DNA of 64,000 bases from an uncultured Acidobacteriota bacterium (GTDB lineage: Bacteria; Acidobacteriota; Terriglobia; Acidiferrales; UBA7541): positions 4,017 to 68,016 of the forward strand of contig CAVSWI010000014.1 in NCBI GenBank assembly GCA_963731535.1, given 5' to 3'. The notes under the pieces were generated by a model. That model did not search any database. It worked only from the letters and a program-made list of their open reading frames with translations, and was not told where the DNA came from. The translations under genes and the position numbers were made by a program. Positions 18,101-28,282 of this stretch are shown in pieces. Positions within the stretch are counted from its first letter, which is position 1. Each line of letters starts with the position of its first letter.

Positions 18101-20218
18101 ATGAGCATCTCCCTGACAACCCCCGTTCAATTTGTTCGCGGCGTCGGTCCCCACCGCGCCGCTATACTCGAAGACCGCGGACTCCTCACCGCTGGCGACC
18201 TGCTCGGCTATCTCCCCTTCCGTTACGAAGACCGGATCCGTTTCACCAAAATTGCCGAAATTATCCCTGGTCAAGTCCACACGATCCTCGCTGAAGTAAC
18301 TTCCGGCGGAGGTGCCACCGTCCGCTTCCGACGTGGTCGCCCCGCCATCTTCCACGCCACGCTTCGCGACGGTTCCGGCACGCTTCACGCGCGCTTTTTC
18401 CACGGCGCGTATCTCGAAGGCCGTATGAAAGAAGGCCAGCGTTTCGTGCTGCACGGAAAAGTGGAAGTCGACCCCTACCGTCCCGCACGCCTCGAAATGG
18501 TGAACCCGCAAATTGAATCGGTCAGCGCAACGGAAGGCGCCGCCACCGATTCCACCGAAGTCGGCCGCATCGTCCCCATCTACGAAGCCATCGGCGCAAT
18601 CGGCTCGCGCATGCTTCGCAAAATTATTTACGGCATCCTCACCAATTTCGAAGGAAACATTCCTGACCCGCTGCCGCCGCAAATTCGCGAACGCTACAAG
18701 TTTCCCTCGCGTCGGGATTCGATCCTCTTCGCCCACTTCCCTGCGAAAGATGAAAATGTCGAGTTACTCAACAGTTTTCGCAGCCCTGCCCAAACCCGCC
18801 TGATCTTCGAAGAATTTTTCTACTATCAACTCGCTCTCGCCCTGCGCCGTTCGCGCGACCACTCTCAGCGCGGCATGGCCATGCGCGTGCGTGAAGAAAA
18901 AATCCGCGATGCCGTGAAACGCATCCTCCCTTTCAAGCCCACCGCTGCGCAAAAACGCGTTCTCGTCGAAATTGCAGCCGACCTCGAACGCCCCTTCCCC
19001 ATGCACCGTCTCCTCGAAGGCGACGTCGGCAGCGGCAAAACAATCGTCGCTCTCGAAGCCGCCACAATCGTTATCGAGAACGGCTATCAGGTGGCGCTGA
19101 TGGCCCCAACGGAAATTCTCGCCGCGCAGCATTATCTTTCCGCACGCCGAATTTTTAAGTCCGCGGGTTATAGCGTCGAACTTGTCGTAAGCGGCAGAAA
19201 AAAATCAGTGAAGGGCGCTGCTCTCGCCAGCGCCGAATCAGGCCAAGCTCAATTGGTCGTCGGTACTCACGCCTTGATCGAAAATCCCGTGATCTTCAAA
19301 CGTCTCGGCATGGTAATCGTAGACGAACAACACCGCTTCGGCGTTCTTCAGCGCAAGCGCCTGATCGAAAAAGGCGCGTCGCCGCACGTTCTCGTTATGA
19401 CGGCTACTCCCATCCCGCGCACTCTCGCTCTCACACTTTACGGCGACCTCGATCTTTCTGTAATTGACGAAATGCCGCCCGGACGCACGCCCATCGAAAC
19501 TCGTTGGAGCGATGATTCACAACTCCCCGGCGTCTGGGAATTTGTGCGACGAGAAATCGCGCGTGGCCGCCAGGCCTACGTCGTTTATCCAGTAATCGAA
19601 GAATCCAAGCAGGAATTGAAAGCTGCCACCGCCGAGTACGAGCGCCTGGCGAAAAACGTCTTCCCTCAATTACGTCTCGGCCTGCTTCACGGTCGCTTGA
19701 AAAATGACGAAAAAGATTCCGTCATGGAACAATTTCGCCGCAACGAAATCCAAATCCTCGTCGCCACCACGGTGATCGAAGTGGGCGTCGATGTCCCTAA
19801 CGCCACCATGATGGTCATCGAACACGCCGACCGCTTCGGTCTCGCTCAACTGCACCAGCTTCGCGGACGCATCGGCCGCGGCACTCAGAAATCTCAATGC
19901 ATCCTCATCGCGCCAAAGAAAATCACCGGCGAAGCGCAAGAGCGCCTGGAAACCATGGTCGCCACTTCCAACGGATTTGAAATCGCCGAGCGCGATCTAA
20001 AACTGCGCGGCCCCGGCGAATTCTTCGGCACCCGCCAACACGGCGACGCCGCCTTCGCTGTCGCCCAGCCTCTGCGCGACCACGAACTCCTGGAAAGGGC
20101 GCGCCGCGAAGCCTTCGCCCTCGCCGAAGATCCGGCCCAAGCCTCCGAAGTAGTGGCCCGCCTCGAATCGCTAAGCGCCGCCTGGCAAAAACGCTACCAG
20201 CTCGCCTCCGTCGGATGA
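18101..20218 (+). CDS. recG: ATP-dependent DNA helicase RecG
   Basis: 705-aa ORF. Wedge/OB N-domain, Walker A GDVGSGKT, DEQHRFGV box and C-terminal LHQLRGRIGRG. Confidence 0.92.
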   Translation: MSISLTTPVQFVRGVGPHRAAILEDRGLLTAGDLLGYLPFRYEDRIRFTKIAEIIPGQVHTILAEVTSGGGATVRFRRGRPAIFHATLRDGSGTLHARFFHGAYLEGRMKEGQRFVLHGKVEVDPYRPARLEMVNPQIESVSATEGAATDSTEVGRIVPIYEAIGAIGSRMLRKIIYGILTNFEGNIPDPLPPQIRERYKFPSRRDSILFAHFPAKDENVELLNSFRSPAQTRLIFEEFFYYQLALALRRSRDHSQRGMAMRVREEKIRDAVKRILPFKPTAAQKRVLVEIAADLERPFPMHRLLEGDVGSGKTIVALEAATIVIENGYQVALMAPTEILAAQHYLSARRIFKSAGYSVELVVSGRKKSVKGAALASAESGQAQLVVGTHALIENPVIFKRLGMVIVDEQHRFGVLQRKRLIEKGASPHVLVMTATPIPRTLALTLYGDLDLSVIDEMPPGRTPIETRWSDDSQLPGVWEFVRREIARGRQAYVVYPVIEESKQELKAATAEYERLAKNVFPQLRLGLLHGRLKNDEKDSVMEQFRRNEIQILVATTVIEVGVDVPNATMMVIEHADRFGLAQLHQLRGRIGRGTQKSQCILIAPKKITGEAQERLETMVATSNGFEIAERDLKLRGPGEFFGTRQHGDAAFAVAQPLRDHELLERARREAFALAEDPAQASEVVARLESLSAAWQKRYQLASVG

Positions 20219-20381
20219 TAAATCTTTGTGGGTGGTGGCTTTAGCCACGACAAAAAGCCGGCTGACTGGTTCGCGGCTTCAGCTGTTGAAGCTCCGCTTT
20301 GAAGATTTTAGACTATCCGCACACAACGTTTCTTTGATTTCCTAACCTGGGGTAAATTATTCAGGAGTTCCTGGGACTCTA

Positions 20382-20942
20382 ATGCGCGTCATCGCCGGAA
20401 AATATCGCAGCCGCCGTCTGAAAACTCCAAGCTCCTTCAAAGTCCGCCCCACCAGCGACCGCCTCCGCGAAACGCTCTTCAACATCCTCGGCCCATCCAT
20501 CGAGGACTCCCTCTTCGTCGATCTTTACGCCGGCACCGGCGCTATCGGAATTGAAGCCATCAGCCGCGGCGCCCGCGAAGTTTTCTTCATCGACCGCGAT
20601 CCCGGCTCCATCAGACTCGTCCGCCAAAATCTAGAGTCTCTGCAAATTTCCATCGGCGTCGAAGTAATCACCGCCGATGCCGAAGGCGGCCTCGACAAAC
20701 TTGCCGCCCGCCACCTCATCGCCGATTTTATTTTCCTGGACCCGCCCTACAACGATGACGGCTGCACGGAAGTCCTAGAATATCTCGACGCCTCGCATCT
20801 CGTCGCTCCCCAAGGCTTCGTCATCGCCGAACACAGCTCCCAGCTCGATTTGCCCGAACGCCTCGACCGCCTGGAACGCACCCGCCTCCTCGAACAAGGC
20901 GATGCCGCCCTAAGCTTCTACCGCCTAGCCGCCGCCGCTTAA
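20382..20942 (+). CDS. rsmD: 16S rRNA (guanine966-N2)-methyltransferase RsmD
   Basis: MRVIAGKYRSRRL...RPTSDRLRETLFN start, SAM motif DLYAGTGAIGIEA and catalytic LDPPY. Confidence 0.85.
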   Translation: MRVIAGKYRSRRLKTPSSFKVRPTSDRLRETLFNILGPSIEDSLFVDLYAGTGAIGIEAISRGAREVFFIDRDPGSIRLVRQNLESLQISIGVEVITADAEGGLDKLAARHLIADFIFLDPPYNDDGCTEVLEYLDASHLVAPQGFVIAEHSSQLDLPERLDRLERTRLLEQGDAALSFYRLAAAA

Positions 20943-20963
20943 GGCAACGTTTCCAGGTACTGG

Positions 20964-21407
20964 CTACTTGCGCGGGTCGATATTCAATTGAATGATTTCA
21001 TCCTTGGTTCCGGACATCGCCGGCTTTGGCAGCAGCACATCGTAGGCTTGGTCGAACTGAAGAAGCTCCAACAAATTCGCGGTGAACTCCTCGCCCCAGG
21101 CGTGCTCCACATGCAGAGCGACTGCATAGGCGCTATATTTCTCAAGAATTTCCGGTGTCCGTCCCGGATTGTTCTCGCGATTCAGTCGGTCGGCGTCGGC
21201 GCGAGACAAAAATTCTCTAAAGTTCTCCAATTCCGCAATTGCTTTGCGGCCCTCTTTGGTAGGCGCTTCCAACCGATGCTGAAAAACGAAGTTGATTATT
21301 ATGAGTGCCACAGCGAGCGTCAGGAACTTCAGTGAAGTCCAGTAAGCCAGAAAACTGAAACCCAGAAGAATAGGACCTATCAAAATAACCGGGATAGCGT
21401 CGTTCAT
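20964..21407 (-). CDS. Hypothetical membrane protein (resembles the C-terminal part of DUF2207-type proteins)
   Basis: ORF 20964-21584. A start at ATG 21407 (MNDAIPVILIGPILLGFSFLAYW...) gives two TM helices followed by a soluble tail (EKYSAYAVALHVEHAWGEEF). Confidence 0.5.
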   Translation of the reverse strand: MNDAIPVILIGPILLGFSFLAYWTSLKFLTLAVALIIINFVFQHRLEAPTKEGRKAIAELENFREFLSRADADRLNRENNPGRTPEILEKYSAYAVALHVEHAWGEEFTANLLELLQFDQAYDVLLPKPAMSGTKDEIIQLNIDPRK

Positions 21408-21508
21408 ATCGAGTGCACGCCTTCTGCGCTTGCTCCCCTTCCCGCAAGCATCAATCCTCATTAGACCATCCATGCCCGCCCTCAACTCCTCTCTCTCGCG
21501 CGTCCATC

Positions 21509-21692
21509 CTAATCGCGAACTGACGTTACAACGAGCATCGGCATCCCGCTTGCCCGGAGCGCATTTGGCAAAGGGAGCGAGCAACGCGATGCGAGGGGTC
21601 TGCTTTGCACTTTCTAATCACGAACTCAATTTATTAGAACCATCGCTAACCCACACAAAACAAACAACCACACCTAGTTCTAATCGCGAACT
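21509..21692 (+). repeat. Three direct copies of the 13-nt motif CTAATC(G/A)CGAACT
   Basis: Copies at 21509-21521, 21615-21627 and 21680-21692, inside the 518-bp divergent intergenic region upstream of the TonB-like gene. Confidence 0.55.
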
Positions 21693-21925
21693 TTCAACCG
21701 ATCAGTGTGACAGCAGTTTCATCCGCTCCGACTTTCGAAGCACAGAACGCTTTAAACGGGAAAACGACGCGTTTTCGCAAAGCGGTTTTACCACTTCTAA
21801 CCGGTTCTAGATTTGCATGGATAGATTTCACCGTTCCGCGCTTTTTCTCACTGGCTTTCGGAATCCAAAGTACAGCCGCATCCGCACTCAACGCATCGTA
21901 TCTCATCGGGTATAATGCCATTCAC

Positions 21926-23635
21926 ATGCCTTCAGGATCTCAGGCCACCCAGCGCGCCCGTATAACGGAGCCCCGAACCGAGTCCCGAAACTCGCTCGAA
22001 GCATTGCCCGTGCACTCTCGTTTGCCTCGTCTCGACCTCGGCGTGGACTGGGAATCCCCGTGGGAAGAGTTTCGCACCAGCGTTCGCGCTTTCTTCCTCG
22101 GCCCGCGCCCAATACGGGATGCCAAAGCCCTGAAAAATCCTCCTCTGCGCGTCGATTGGATCGAAAGCAAGCTGCCACGAAGCGCGTTTGCGGCTTCTTC
22201 TCTCTGGCACGTCGCCATCGTGCTGATCCTGCTGCTTCCCATATGGGGATTCCTGGCCCATGCTCAGCCGACTCTAACCCTGCCCCAAATTGAGTTGACC
22301 TATGTTCCGGCGCAGGACCTTCGGCCAATCTCACTCCCCGGAAATCAGCCGAAACCCAGCCCTACCGACGATCCTGCCAAGCCGCTCCCACGCAGCGGCG
22401 CAGACGCCTTTCATCCGCGTCAGACAATTCTTTCGCAGCCGGTAAAAGTCACGCACCCGCGGCAAACTTTAATCCAGCCGGAAGCGCCGGCAGCGCCGCC
22501 CAAGATGGTGCCGCAAATGCCCAACATCGCGGAGTGGGCCGCCACTTCGCCGGAGCCTAAGCCACAACTTAAAATTGCGCCGTCCGTGGTCGCTCCTCGC
22601 ATGCAACATCGTGCGGTGAGCGACGTCGCCGCGCCCAACGTGGCAGCACCTGAACGAAACGCCGGCCCGTTGAACATCGCGCCATCTCCGCTTGAAAATG
22701 TCCAACCGAAATTGCCGGTGAATCCGATGTCGAACTCCGTGCCAGCCCAGCGCAATGTGCACGCCGACGCTGGGGCAGCTCCCGTAATCGGCGCCACCGT
22801 TTCCGCGGGAGATGACAGTTTGCATCGCCTGATCGCCATCTCTGCCACGCCCGCCCCGCCGGCCCCGGAAGTCAACGTTCCACAGGGAAATCTTTCAGCG
22901 CGCGTCTCGATTTCTCCAGACGGTACCCGTGCCGGCGTGCCGGGCGGTTCGCCGAACGCAACGCAAGGCAACGGAGGCGCAGGTGGTTTGGCAGCAAGCG
23001 CCGGTGGCGCCGGAAAAAATTCAGGGACGAATGCAAATGGACTTCTCTCCGGCGTAAGCATCAGCGGGGAAAATGGTCACTCCGATAGCGCAGGACTTGG
23101 AACCGCGGGAAATCGCTCCAAGCCGCTAATTCTGAAACCTATGCCGAACACTTCCGCGCCGCCCCACGCGTCGCGCAACGAACCAATCGACATAGGAAAA
23201 ATCGATCCAGGCATGCCGCCGGAAAAAATCCTTTCGGGCAAGGAAGTGTTCACTCTGCACGTGGACATGCCTAACCTCACGAGCTCAAGTGGAAGCTGGA
23301 TTCTGAATTTCGCGCAATTAGACAATTACGCGCCCGCCTACCAGCATCCAAAAGGAAAGTTAGCCGCGCCCGTGCCGGTGCGCAAAGTGGATCCAAAATA
23401 TCCGCAGCTCGCCATCAAGCAGCACATCGATGGAGAAGTAATCCTCTACGCCATCATCCGCAAAGACGGCCACGTGGACAGCATTCAAGTGGTGCGGAGC
23501 ATCGATCCGCAACTCGATCAAAACGCCATGGAAGCCCTCTCTCGCTGGGAATTTCGCCCCGCAACCCGTGAGGGCCAGCCCATCGAACTGGAAGCCGTCA
23601 TACACATCCCTTTCCGCTACAACCCTCCCGAGTAG
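21926..23635 (+). CDS. TonB-family energy-transducer-like protein (long Pro/Ala/Gly-rich linker)
   Basis: C-terminal TonB domain (KVDPKYPQLAIKQHIDGEVILYAIIRKDGHVDSIQVVRS...AMEALSRWEFRPATREGQPIE) and a TM (LWHVAIVLILLLPIWGFL). ATG 21926 is preferred over the ORF start at 21707. Confidence 0.8.
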   Translation: MPSGSQATQRARITEPRTESRNSLEALPVHSRLPRLDLGVDWESPWEEFRTSVRAFFLGPRPIRDAKALKNPPLRVDWIESKLPRSAFAASSLWHVAIVLILLLPIWGFLAHAQPTLTLPQIELTYVPAQDLRPISLPGNQPKPSPTDDPAKPLPRSGADAFHPRQTILSQPVKVTHPRQTLIQPEAPAAPPKMVPQMPNIAEWAATSPEPKPQLKIAPSVVAPRMQHRAVSDVAAPNVAAPERNAGPLNIAPSPLENVQPKLPVNPMSNSVPAQRNVHADAGAAPVIGATVSAGDDSLHRLIAISATPAPPAPEVNVPQGNLSARVSISPDGTRAGVPGGSPNATQGNGGAGGLAASAGGAGKNSGTNANGLLSGVSISGENGHSDSAGLGTAGNRSKPLILKPMPNTSAPPHASRNEPIDIGKIDPGMPPEKILSGKEVFTLHVDMPNLTSSSGSWILNFAQLDNYAPAYQHPKGKLAAPVPVRKVDPKYPQLAIKQHIDGEVILYAIIRKDGHVDSIQVVRSIDPQLDQNAMEALSRWEFRPATREGQPIELEAVIHIPFRYNPPE

Positions 23636-23725
23636 AACAGCAATGCAAACCGGGAAAATTCCTAGCGCGCTCAGACGCCGCGCCAACAATTCAATTTACG
23701 GAGTTTCAATTCGACGAACCGAGAT

Positions 23726-24736
23726 TTACGTGCAAGCTTTCTGCGAGTAGGCGCGGCGCTGCTCTGCGGCTTTTTCTTCCAAAAGCTTTACTAACGCGAA
23801 GAGCACAAGATTCACCGGAGTGGCGATGCCAAGTTCCTTGCCGCGACGGACAACGTAACCATTGAGCGAATCGATCTCAGTGCGCTTCCCGCGCGCCAGA
23901 TCCTGGGCCGTGGAAGATGTGGCATCGCTGCCCACGCCTTGGAGGAATTGCAAACCCCGCGAAAGAAAATCCACTTCCGGCAATTTCACTCCCGACGCGC
24001 GTCCTACTGCAACCGTCTCGGCGATCACTTGACTGAAAATGTCGCGTGTCACCGTACTGTGAGCCAAATGCGCGTAACTGATTTGGGTGATCCCAGTGAC
24101 CGCGTTGCCCGCACAATTCATCACAAATTTAGACCAAAGGTCCGCCTCGATGTCCGGTGAAACGCTGCACGGCACGCCCGCGGCAGTGAAGAGCGCGGCT
24201 ATTTGCTGCGCACGTCCAGCGCGCCCCGACGGCGACGACGCGGGAGATTTGGAAGAGCGATCGCGGTCGGGAAACTCGCCCACCGCCAAGCTCCCACCAC
24301 CAGATTGTTTTACATGGCCCGGCTCGGGCATGGCCGCAGCGATGTACACCACGGCAGCCAGCGCGTCGATTCCCGACGCCGCGCGAATCCGAGGAATGTT
24401 GTCCACGCCATTTTGCAAACTGACGACGATCGCATCCGGCGCAAGATAGGGCTTGAGCGACCGAGCGGCGTCCTCGGTGTCGGTGGTTTTCACGCAGAAC
24501 AAAATCACCTCGGCGTCGCGCACCGCGGATGTTTCCGTGGAAGCCTTCACGGCAACGCGTTCCTGAAAAGAAACTGTGTCGAGGAAAAGTTTGTTCGCGT
24601 GGATTGCTTGCACGTGCGCGGCTCGGCCGATCAGTGTGACCTGCACGCCCCAGCGCGCGAGCATGCCGCCGAAATACGAGCCCACTGCGCCCGCGCCCAG
24701 CACAGCAACCCGAATCTGCGTGTTAGCTGGAGTCAT
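23726..24736 (-). CDS. panE: 2-dehydropantoate 2-reductase (ApbA/PanE family)
   Basis: N-terminal Rossmann motif IRVAVLGAGAVGSYFGG and the C-terminal ApbA_C pattern (SSTAQDLARGKRTEIDSLNGYVV). Confidence 0.8.
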   Translation of the reverse strand: MTPANTQIRVAVLGAGAVGSYFGGMLARWGVQVTLIGRAAHVQAIHANKLFLDTVSFQERVAVKASTETSAVRDAEVILFCVKTTDTEDAARSLKPYLAPDAIVVSLQNGVDNIPRIRAASGIDALAAVVYIAAAMPEPGHVKQSGGGSLAVGEFPDRDRSSKSPASSPSGRAGRAQQIAALFTAAGVPCSVSPDIEADLWSKFVMNCAGNAVTGITQISYAHLAHSTVTRDIFSQVIAETVAVGRASGVKLPEVDFLSRGLQFLQGVGSDATSSTAQDLARGKRTEIDSLNGYVVRRGKELGIATPVNLVLFALVKLLEEKAAEQRRAYSQKACT

Positions 24737-24799
24737 AGACTAAAGTCCTCGGCTGCATCATCGAAGAAAAATATCTTGTCTAAGAAATTCTCGAGCGCA

Positions 24800-25486
24800 T
24801 CAAAAGTGGCTGCGCATTTCGCGGAAGCTGTTCAGAATCAAAAGCTTTCCCCCGCCGCTCTCGATCTCGCATTTTTCCAGTTCCCACGTAGCCGAATGCG
24901 GAATGAACACTGCGCTCAGGCCAGCGTGCATCGCCGGGTTGATGTCGCTGCGCGGACTATTGCCCACCATCCAGCCGTGCGTCTTCACAATTTTGAATTG
25001 CTCGATCATGCGTTCGTACAAGCTAGGATCTTTTTCCAGCACGATTTCGATGGAATCGAAATAAGGCTGCAAGCCCGAGCGCTCCACCTTGGCAGCTTGC
25101 TCCGCCGGCTCACCTTTGGTGACCATAATCAAGCGATGATGTTTCGCCAAATATGCCAGAGTCTCCGGAACACCTTCGAGGATGTGCGGTGGCGTGGCTT
25201 CCAACTCCGCGGCCATTCTTTCGATCTCTTTCACAAGCTCGCGCTTCGCGGCGTTTCCTGCAAGCTTTAGGTAGGTATCTTCCAGCGAGCGGCGAAAGCT
25301 GCGCACGCCGTAACCGTGCTGGCGGATATTGCGGCGTTCGGTCTCGTTCAGGATGTGACGGATATATTCGCGCGTGTAACCAAGATGTTCGAGCTGGGTA
25401 ATGAAATGATCGATGGTCTTCTCAAAGAAAATATTGTTTTCCCAGAGGGTGTCGTCCGCGTCGATCAGTATTGTGTGCCTGGCCAT
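24800..25486 (-). CDS. HAD-superfamily hydrolase
   Basis: Motif I IDADDTLW, motif II TKG and motif IV GNSPRSDI. Confidence 0.75.
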   Translation of the reverse strand: MARHTILIDADDTLWENNIFFEKTIDHFITQLEHLGYTREYIRHILNETERRNIRQHGYGVRSFRRSLEDTYLKLAGNAAKRELVKEIERMAAELEATPPHILEGVPETLAYLAKHHRLIMVTKGEPAEQAAKVERSGLQPYFDSIEIVLEKDPSLYERMIEQFKIVKTHGWMVGNSPRSDINPAMHAGLSAVFIPHSATWELEKCEIESGGGKLLILNSFREMRSHF

Positions 25487-25598
25487 AGCAAAGTCTCGCG
25501 CTCTCGCTGAAATAAAGTCAGAAATCTATTTTACCTAGTGCACAGAGAATCTATCTCGCTCGATGGAGGAAATGAACATCCCTCAGCATGCCAAATTG

Positions 25599-25832
25599 TC
25601 AGACGGCGGAAGCTTTGCGCGTCCCGGCCGCGACTTGTTCCAAAATCTCACGCGCGATTTTCTGCAAATCACCAAACCGCGCGAGATACTCCTGAAAATC
25701 GCGGTTCAAATCAAGCGCCAGGTTGGCATCGAGCTTGGTGCGCAAGATCATATCGCGCAGGTGAACCGGGTGCGGCAGAACAGCTTCGTCCCTCAGCTCT
25801 TCGAGCGCTACATTCGGATCGTAGTGATACAT
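25599..25832 (-). CDS. Hypothetical small protein (77 aa)
   Basis: ORF with a plausible helical composition. No motif. The antisense alternative (25563-26294) crosses two minus-strand ORFs and looks spurious. Confidence 0.35.
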   Translation of the reverse strand: MYHYDPNVALEELRDEAVLPHPVHLRDMILRTKLDANLALDLNRDFQEYLARFGDLQKIAREILEQVAAGTRKASAV

Positions 25833-25904
25833 GGTTCCTCCTCAACAAACCGGCGGAAACCACATTCTACTCCGAATCAACGAATCGCGAGAGGTTGGAG
25901 GAGT

Positions 25905-26231
25905 TTAAACCGAGGCGGGAAGAAATTCGTAACGCTCGATGCGAGCGGCGATTCCGGGAGTACCCTTATTCTGATCCACGCGAAGGACGCGGGCGTAGCA
26001 GCGAATATGAACGTCCCCGGCGAGTGTGATCTGTTGGGGCAAGGTAAGGACGAATTCAATGGGGCTGCCAGTCTCGACAATCGCTTCCATCACGAAGTAG
26101 AGGCCGCGGAAGCTGACGTCGCGCGTTTCTCCCTTTTTTTCCAGGATGCCACTGTCGGCCGAGAAGCGAACTTTCATGGGCAGATTCATCGTAAATCTTC
26201 GCGCGGCGCGACGCTCTACATCCGATTCCAT
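25905..26231 (-). CDS. PilZ domain protein
   Basis: RRAARRF...(N20)...TRDVSFRGLYF matches the RxxxR / (D/N)xSxxG c-di-GMP-binding signature. Start taken at ATG 26231; the ORF opens at 26291. Confidence 0.65.
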   Translation of the reverse strand: MESDVERRAARRFTMNLPMKVRFSADSGILEKKGETRDVSFRGLYFVMEAIVETGSPIEFVLTLPQQITLAGDVHIRCYARVLRVDQNKGTPGIAARIERYEFLPASV

Positions 26232-26387
26232 CCGCCCTCCAGGGAGCCGTTCAGCTTTTGCCAAACTACCACCGCCACGCGATTGCCGCAATGAGATTCG
26301 GCGGCAAAAACAAAGAGAAAATCACGTTATCAAATTCATTCGCCTTTGCGATGGGCGAAACGGTCCGTTACACTTGCAGACTCATTT

Positions 26388-27056
26388 ATGGCGGAAGTAT
26401 TTCATCGTGGTATTTTTCTGGAAGGGCAAGCCGGGCGACTGGAGGCCACCTTGTGGACCACGCCGGGAACCGAAGCGCGCTTGGCGGCCGTTGTTTGCCA
26501 CCCGCATCCACTTTTCGGCGGTACCCTGCATAACAAAGTGGTTTATCAGGCAGCGAAGACTTTGCATCGGCGAGGAATACCCGTGCTGCGATTTAATTTT
26601 CGCGGAGCGGGAATGAGTGCGGGGCAGCACGATAAAGGTCAAGGTGAGCGTGAGGATGTTCGCGCGGGATTGGATTACCTAGCAAAAGATTTCCCTGGGC
26701 TTCCAATTTTGCTTGCAGGATTCAGCTTTGGCGCGTGGGTGGGTTTGCAGGTGGGATGCGCGGACGAACGAGTAACTAGCCTGATTGGTTTAGGAATTCC
26801 GGTGGACAGTTCCGATCTCACTTACCTGCGAGGTTGTGCAAAGCCAAAATTCTTTGCGCAAGGCGCCAACGATCAGTTTGGATCGCGAACGAACGTCGAG
26901 AAGCTTTACAACCAACTAGCGGAGCCCAAGAAGCTGGTGTTTGTCGACAAGGCAGATCATTTCTTTACTGGCCATCTCAGCGAAATGGCTGCCGCAATCG
27001 ATAAGTGGCTTGGTGAAACTTACCCGGAGCTACGCAGCAGTTCCGCTGGTCTCTAA
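26388..27056 (+). CDS. Alpha/beta hydrolase
   Basis: AVVCHPHPLFGGTLHNKVV...LRFNFRGAGMSAG and nucleophile elbow GFSFGA. Start at ATG 26388 within ORF 26346-27056. Confidence 0.7.
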   Translation: MAEVFHRGIFLEGQAGRLEATLWTTPGTEARLAAVVCHPHPLFGGTLHNKVVYQAAKTLHRRGIPVLRFNFRGAGMSAGQHDKGQGEREDVRAGLDYLAKDFPGLPILLAGFSFGAWVGLQVGCADERVTSLIGLGIPVDSSDLTYLRGCAKPKFFAQGANDQFGSRTNVEKLYNQLAEPKKLVFVDKADHFFTGHLSEMAAAIDKWLGETYPELRSSSAGL

Positions 27057-28195
27057 CCTCTGGATTCGAATAATTTAAGGAATTGTTCACGTGGGGCGGG
27101 CTCAATCCCCATGAGGCTCAGGTTCTTATCCACGTGAGCGGTCTGGCTCATTCCGACCAGCGCCGTAGTAAGTCCGGGAACAGAGCGCGCGAATTGCAAA
27201 GCGAGCGTGGAATTTTCTTTCACTCCGAGCGCCGAAGACACGAACGCGGGCAAATTCCTGGTGAGTTGGCCTTGCAGAAGCGCGGCGCTGGTAATCAACG
27301 AGATTCCGAGGGTTCGCGCAGCCTGCACCATGGGCACCGGCTTGGCGTCGATCATTTGGTTTGGCCGCGTGAGCGCTTCCGGCATAGCGAGATTGAACGG
27401 CAACTGCACGAAACGGAAATGATGGGCGGCCCCGCCAACTTCGCTCGCGATTCCGGCCATCTCGGCGAGCGACAAGTATCCTACGCCCTGGGGATCCTCG
27501 CGGAATGAATTCCAAGTCGCCATGCCATACGCCCGGATTTTTTTCTCCGCGACGGCGGTTTCCAGAAAAGTGAAGGCCGCACGAATGCGCTGACGGAATT
27601 GCTCGGGCGAAACTTCGCCCAACTGTGTCTCGGGATTGTGCAGATAGAAAACGTCAATGGTTTCGAGGCCTAGGTTGCGCCGGCTGCGTTCGAGCTGATC
27701 GGCAAGATAGGCTGGGGCCAGGCAGTGGCATCCCGCAGCGATTTCTTCCGCGCGAAAAATACCGCGCTCGAGGAATTCGTGCGCGAAGTATTCGTTGGGG
27801 TCGGCAGGCATTTCTCCGTCGGGAGTCAGGAAGCCGGCTTTCGTGCAAACCACAATTTCGTCACGAGAGAATCCCTTGGCGAAAAGCTCTTTCAGCGCGG
27901 CGCGCACGGAACGTTCGCTGCGTTGAAAGCGATAATTAATGGCGGAGTCGATGACGTTGCAGCCATTTTCGACAGCGGAGACTATTGCCACGGTATAAGC
28001 GGCGTCGGTGGCGCTATCGGGCTCGCCGAGATAGGTTCCAATTCCGATGGAAGAAAGAACGAGACCGCCCGGAATTTCACGGAAGTGACCGGCGGCAGAG
28101 CGGCCTTTGAAGCGCGCGGCATAGCGCAAAGTTCCTTCAGGCGTAGCGAAACCGGCTTTGCGTTCTTCCGTTATTGCGGAAGCAGGTGACATCAC
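27053..28195 (-). CDS. Aldo/keto reductase
   Basis: 380-aa ORF with AKR hallmarks (GIGTYLG, NVIDSAINYRFQRSE, CTKAGF, YLHNPE). Confidence 0.85.
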   Translation of the reverse strand: MMSPASAITEERKAGFATPEGTLRYAARFKGRSAAGHFREIPGGLVLSSIGIGTYLGEPDSATDAAYTVAIVSAVENGCNVIDSAINYRFQRSERSVRAALKELFAKGFSRDEIVVCTKAGFLTPDGEMPADPNEYFAHEFLERGIFRAEEIAAGCHCLAPAYLADQLERSRRNLGLETIDVFYLHNPETQLGEVSPEQFRQRIRAAFTFLETAVAEKKIRAYGMATWNSFREDPQGVGYLSLAEMAGIASEVGGAAHHFRFVQLPFNLAMPEALTRPNQMIDAKPVPMVQAARTLGISLITSAALLQGQLTRNLPAFVSSALGVKENSTLALQFARSVPGLTTALVGMSQTAHVDKNLSLMGIEPAPREQFLKLFESRG

Positions 28196-28282
28196 ACCTC
28201 TCTCTTAATATGCACGATGGGAACTGGCGCGCAGTATATCAAACGTTCGGAGATGGTGTTTGCGGACGGGCATTCTCATCGC

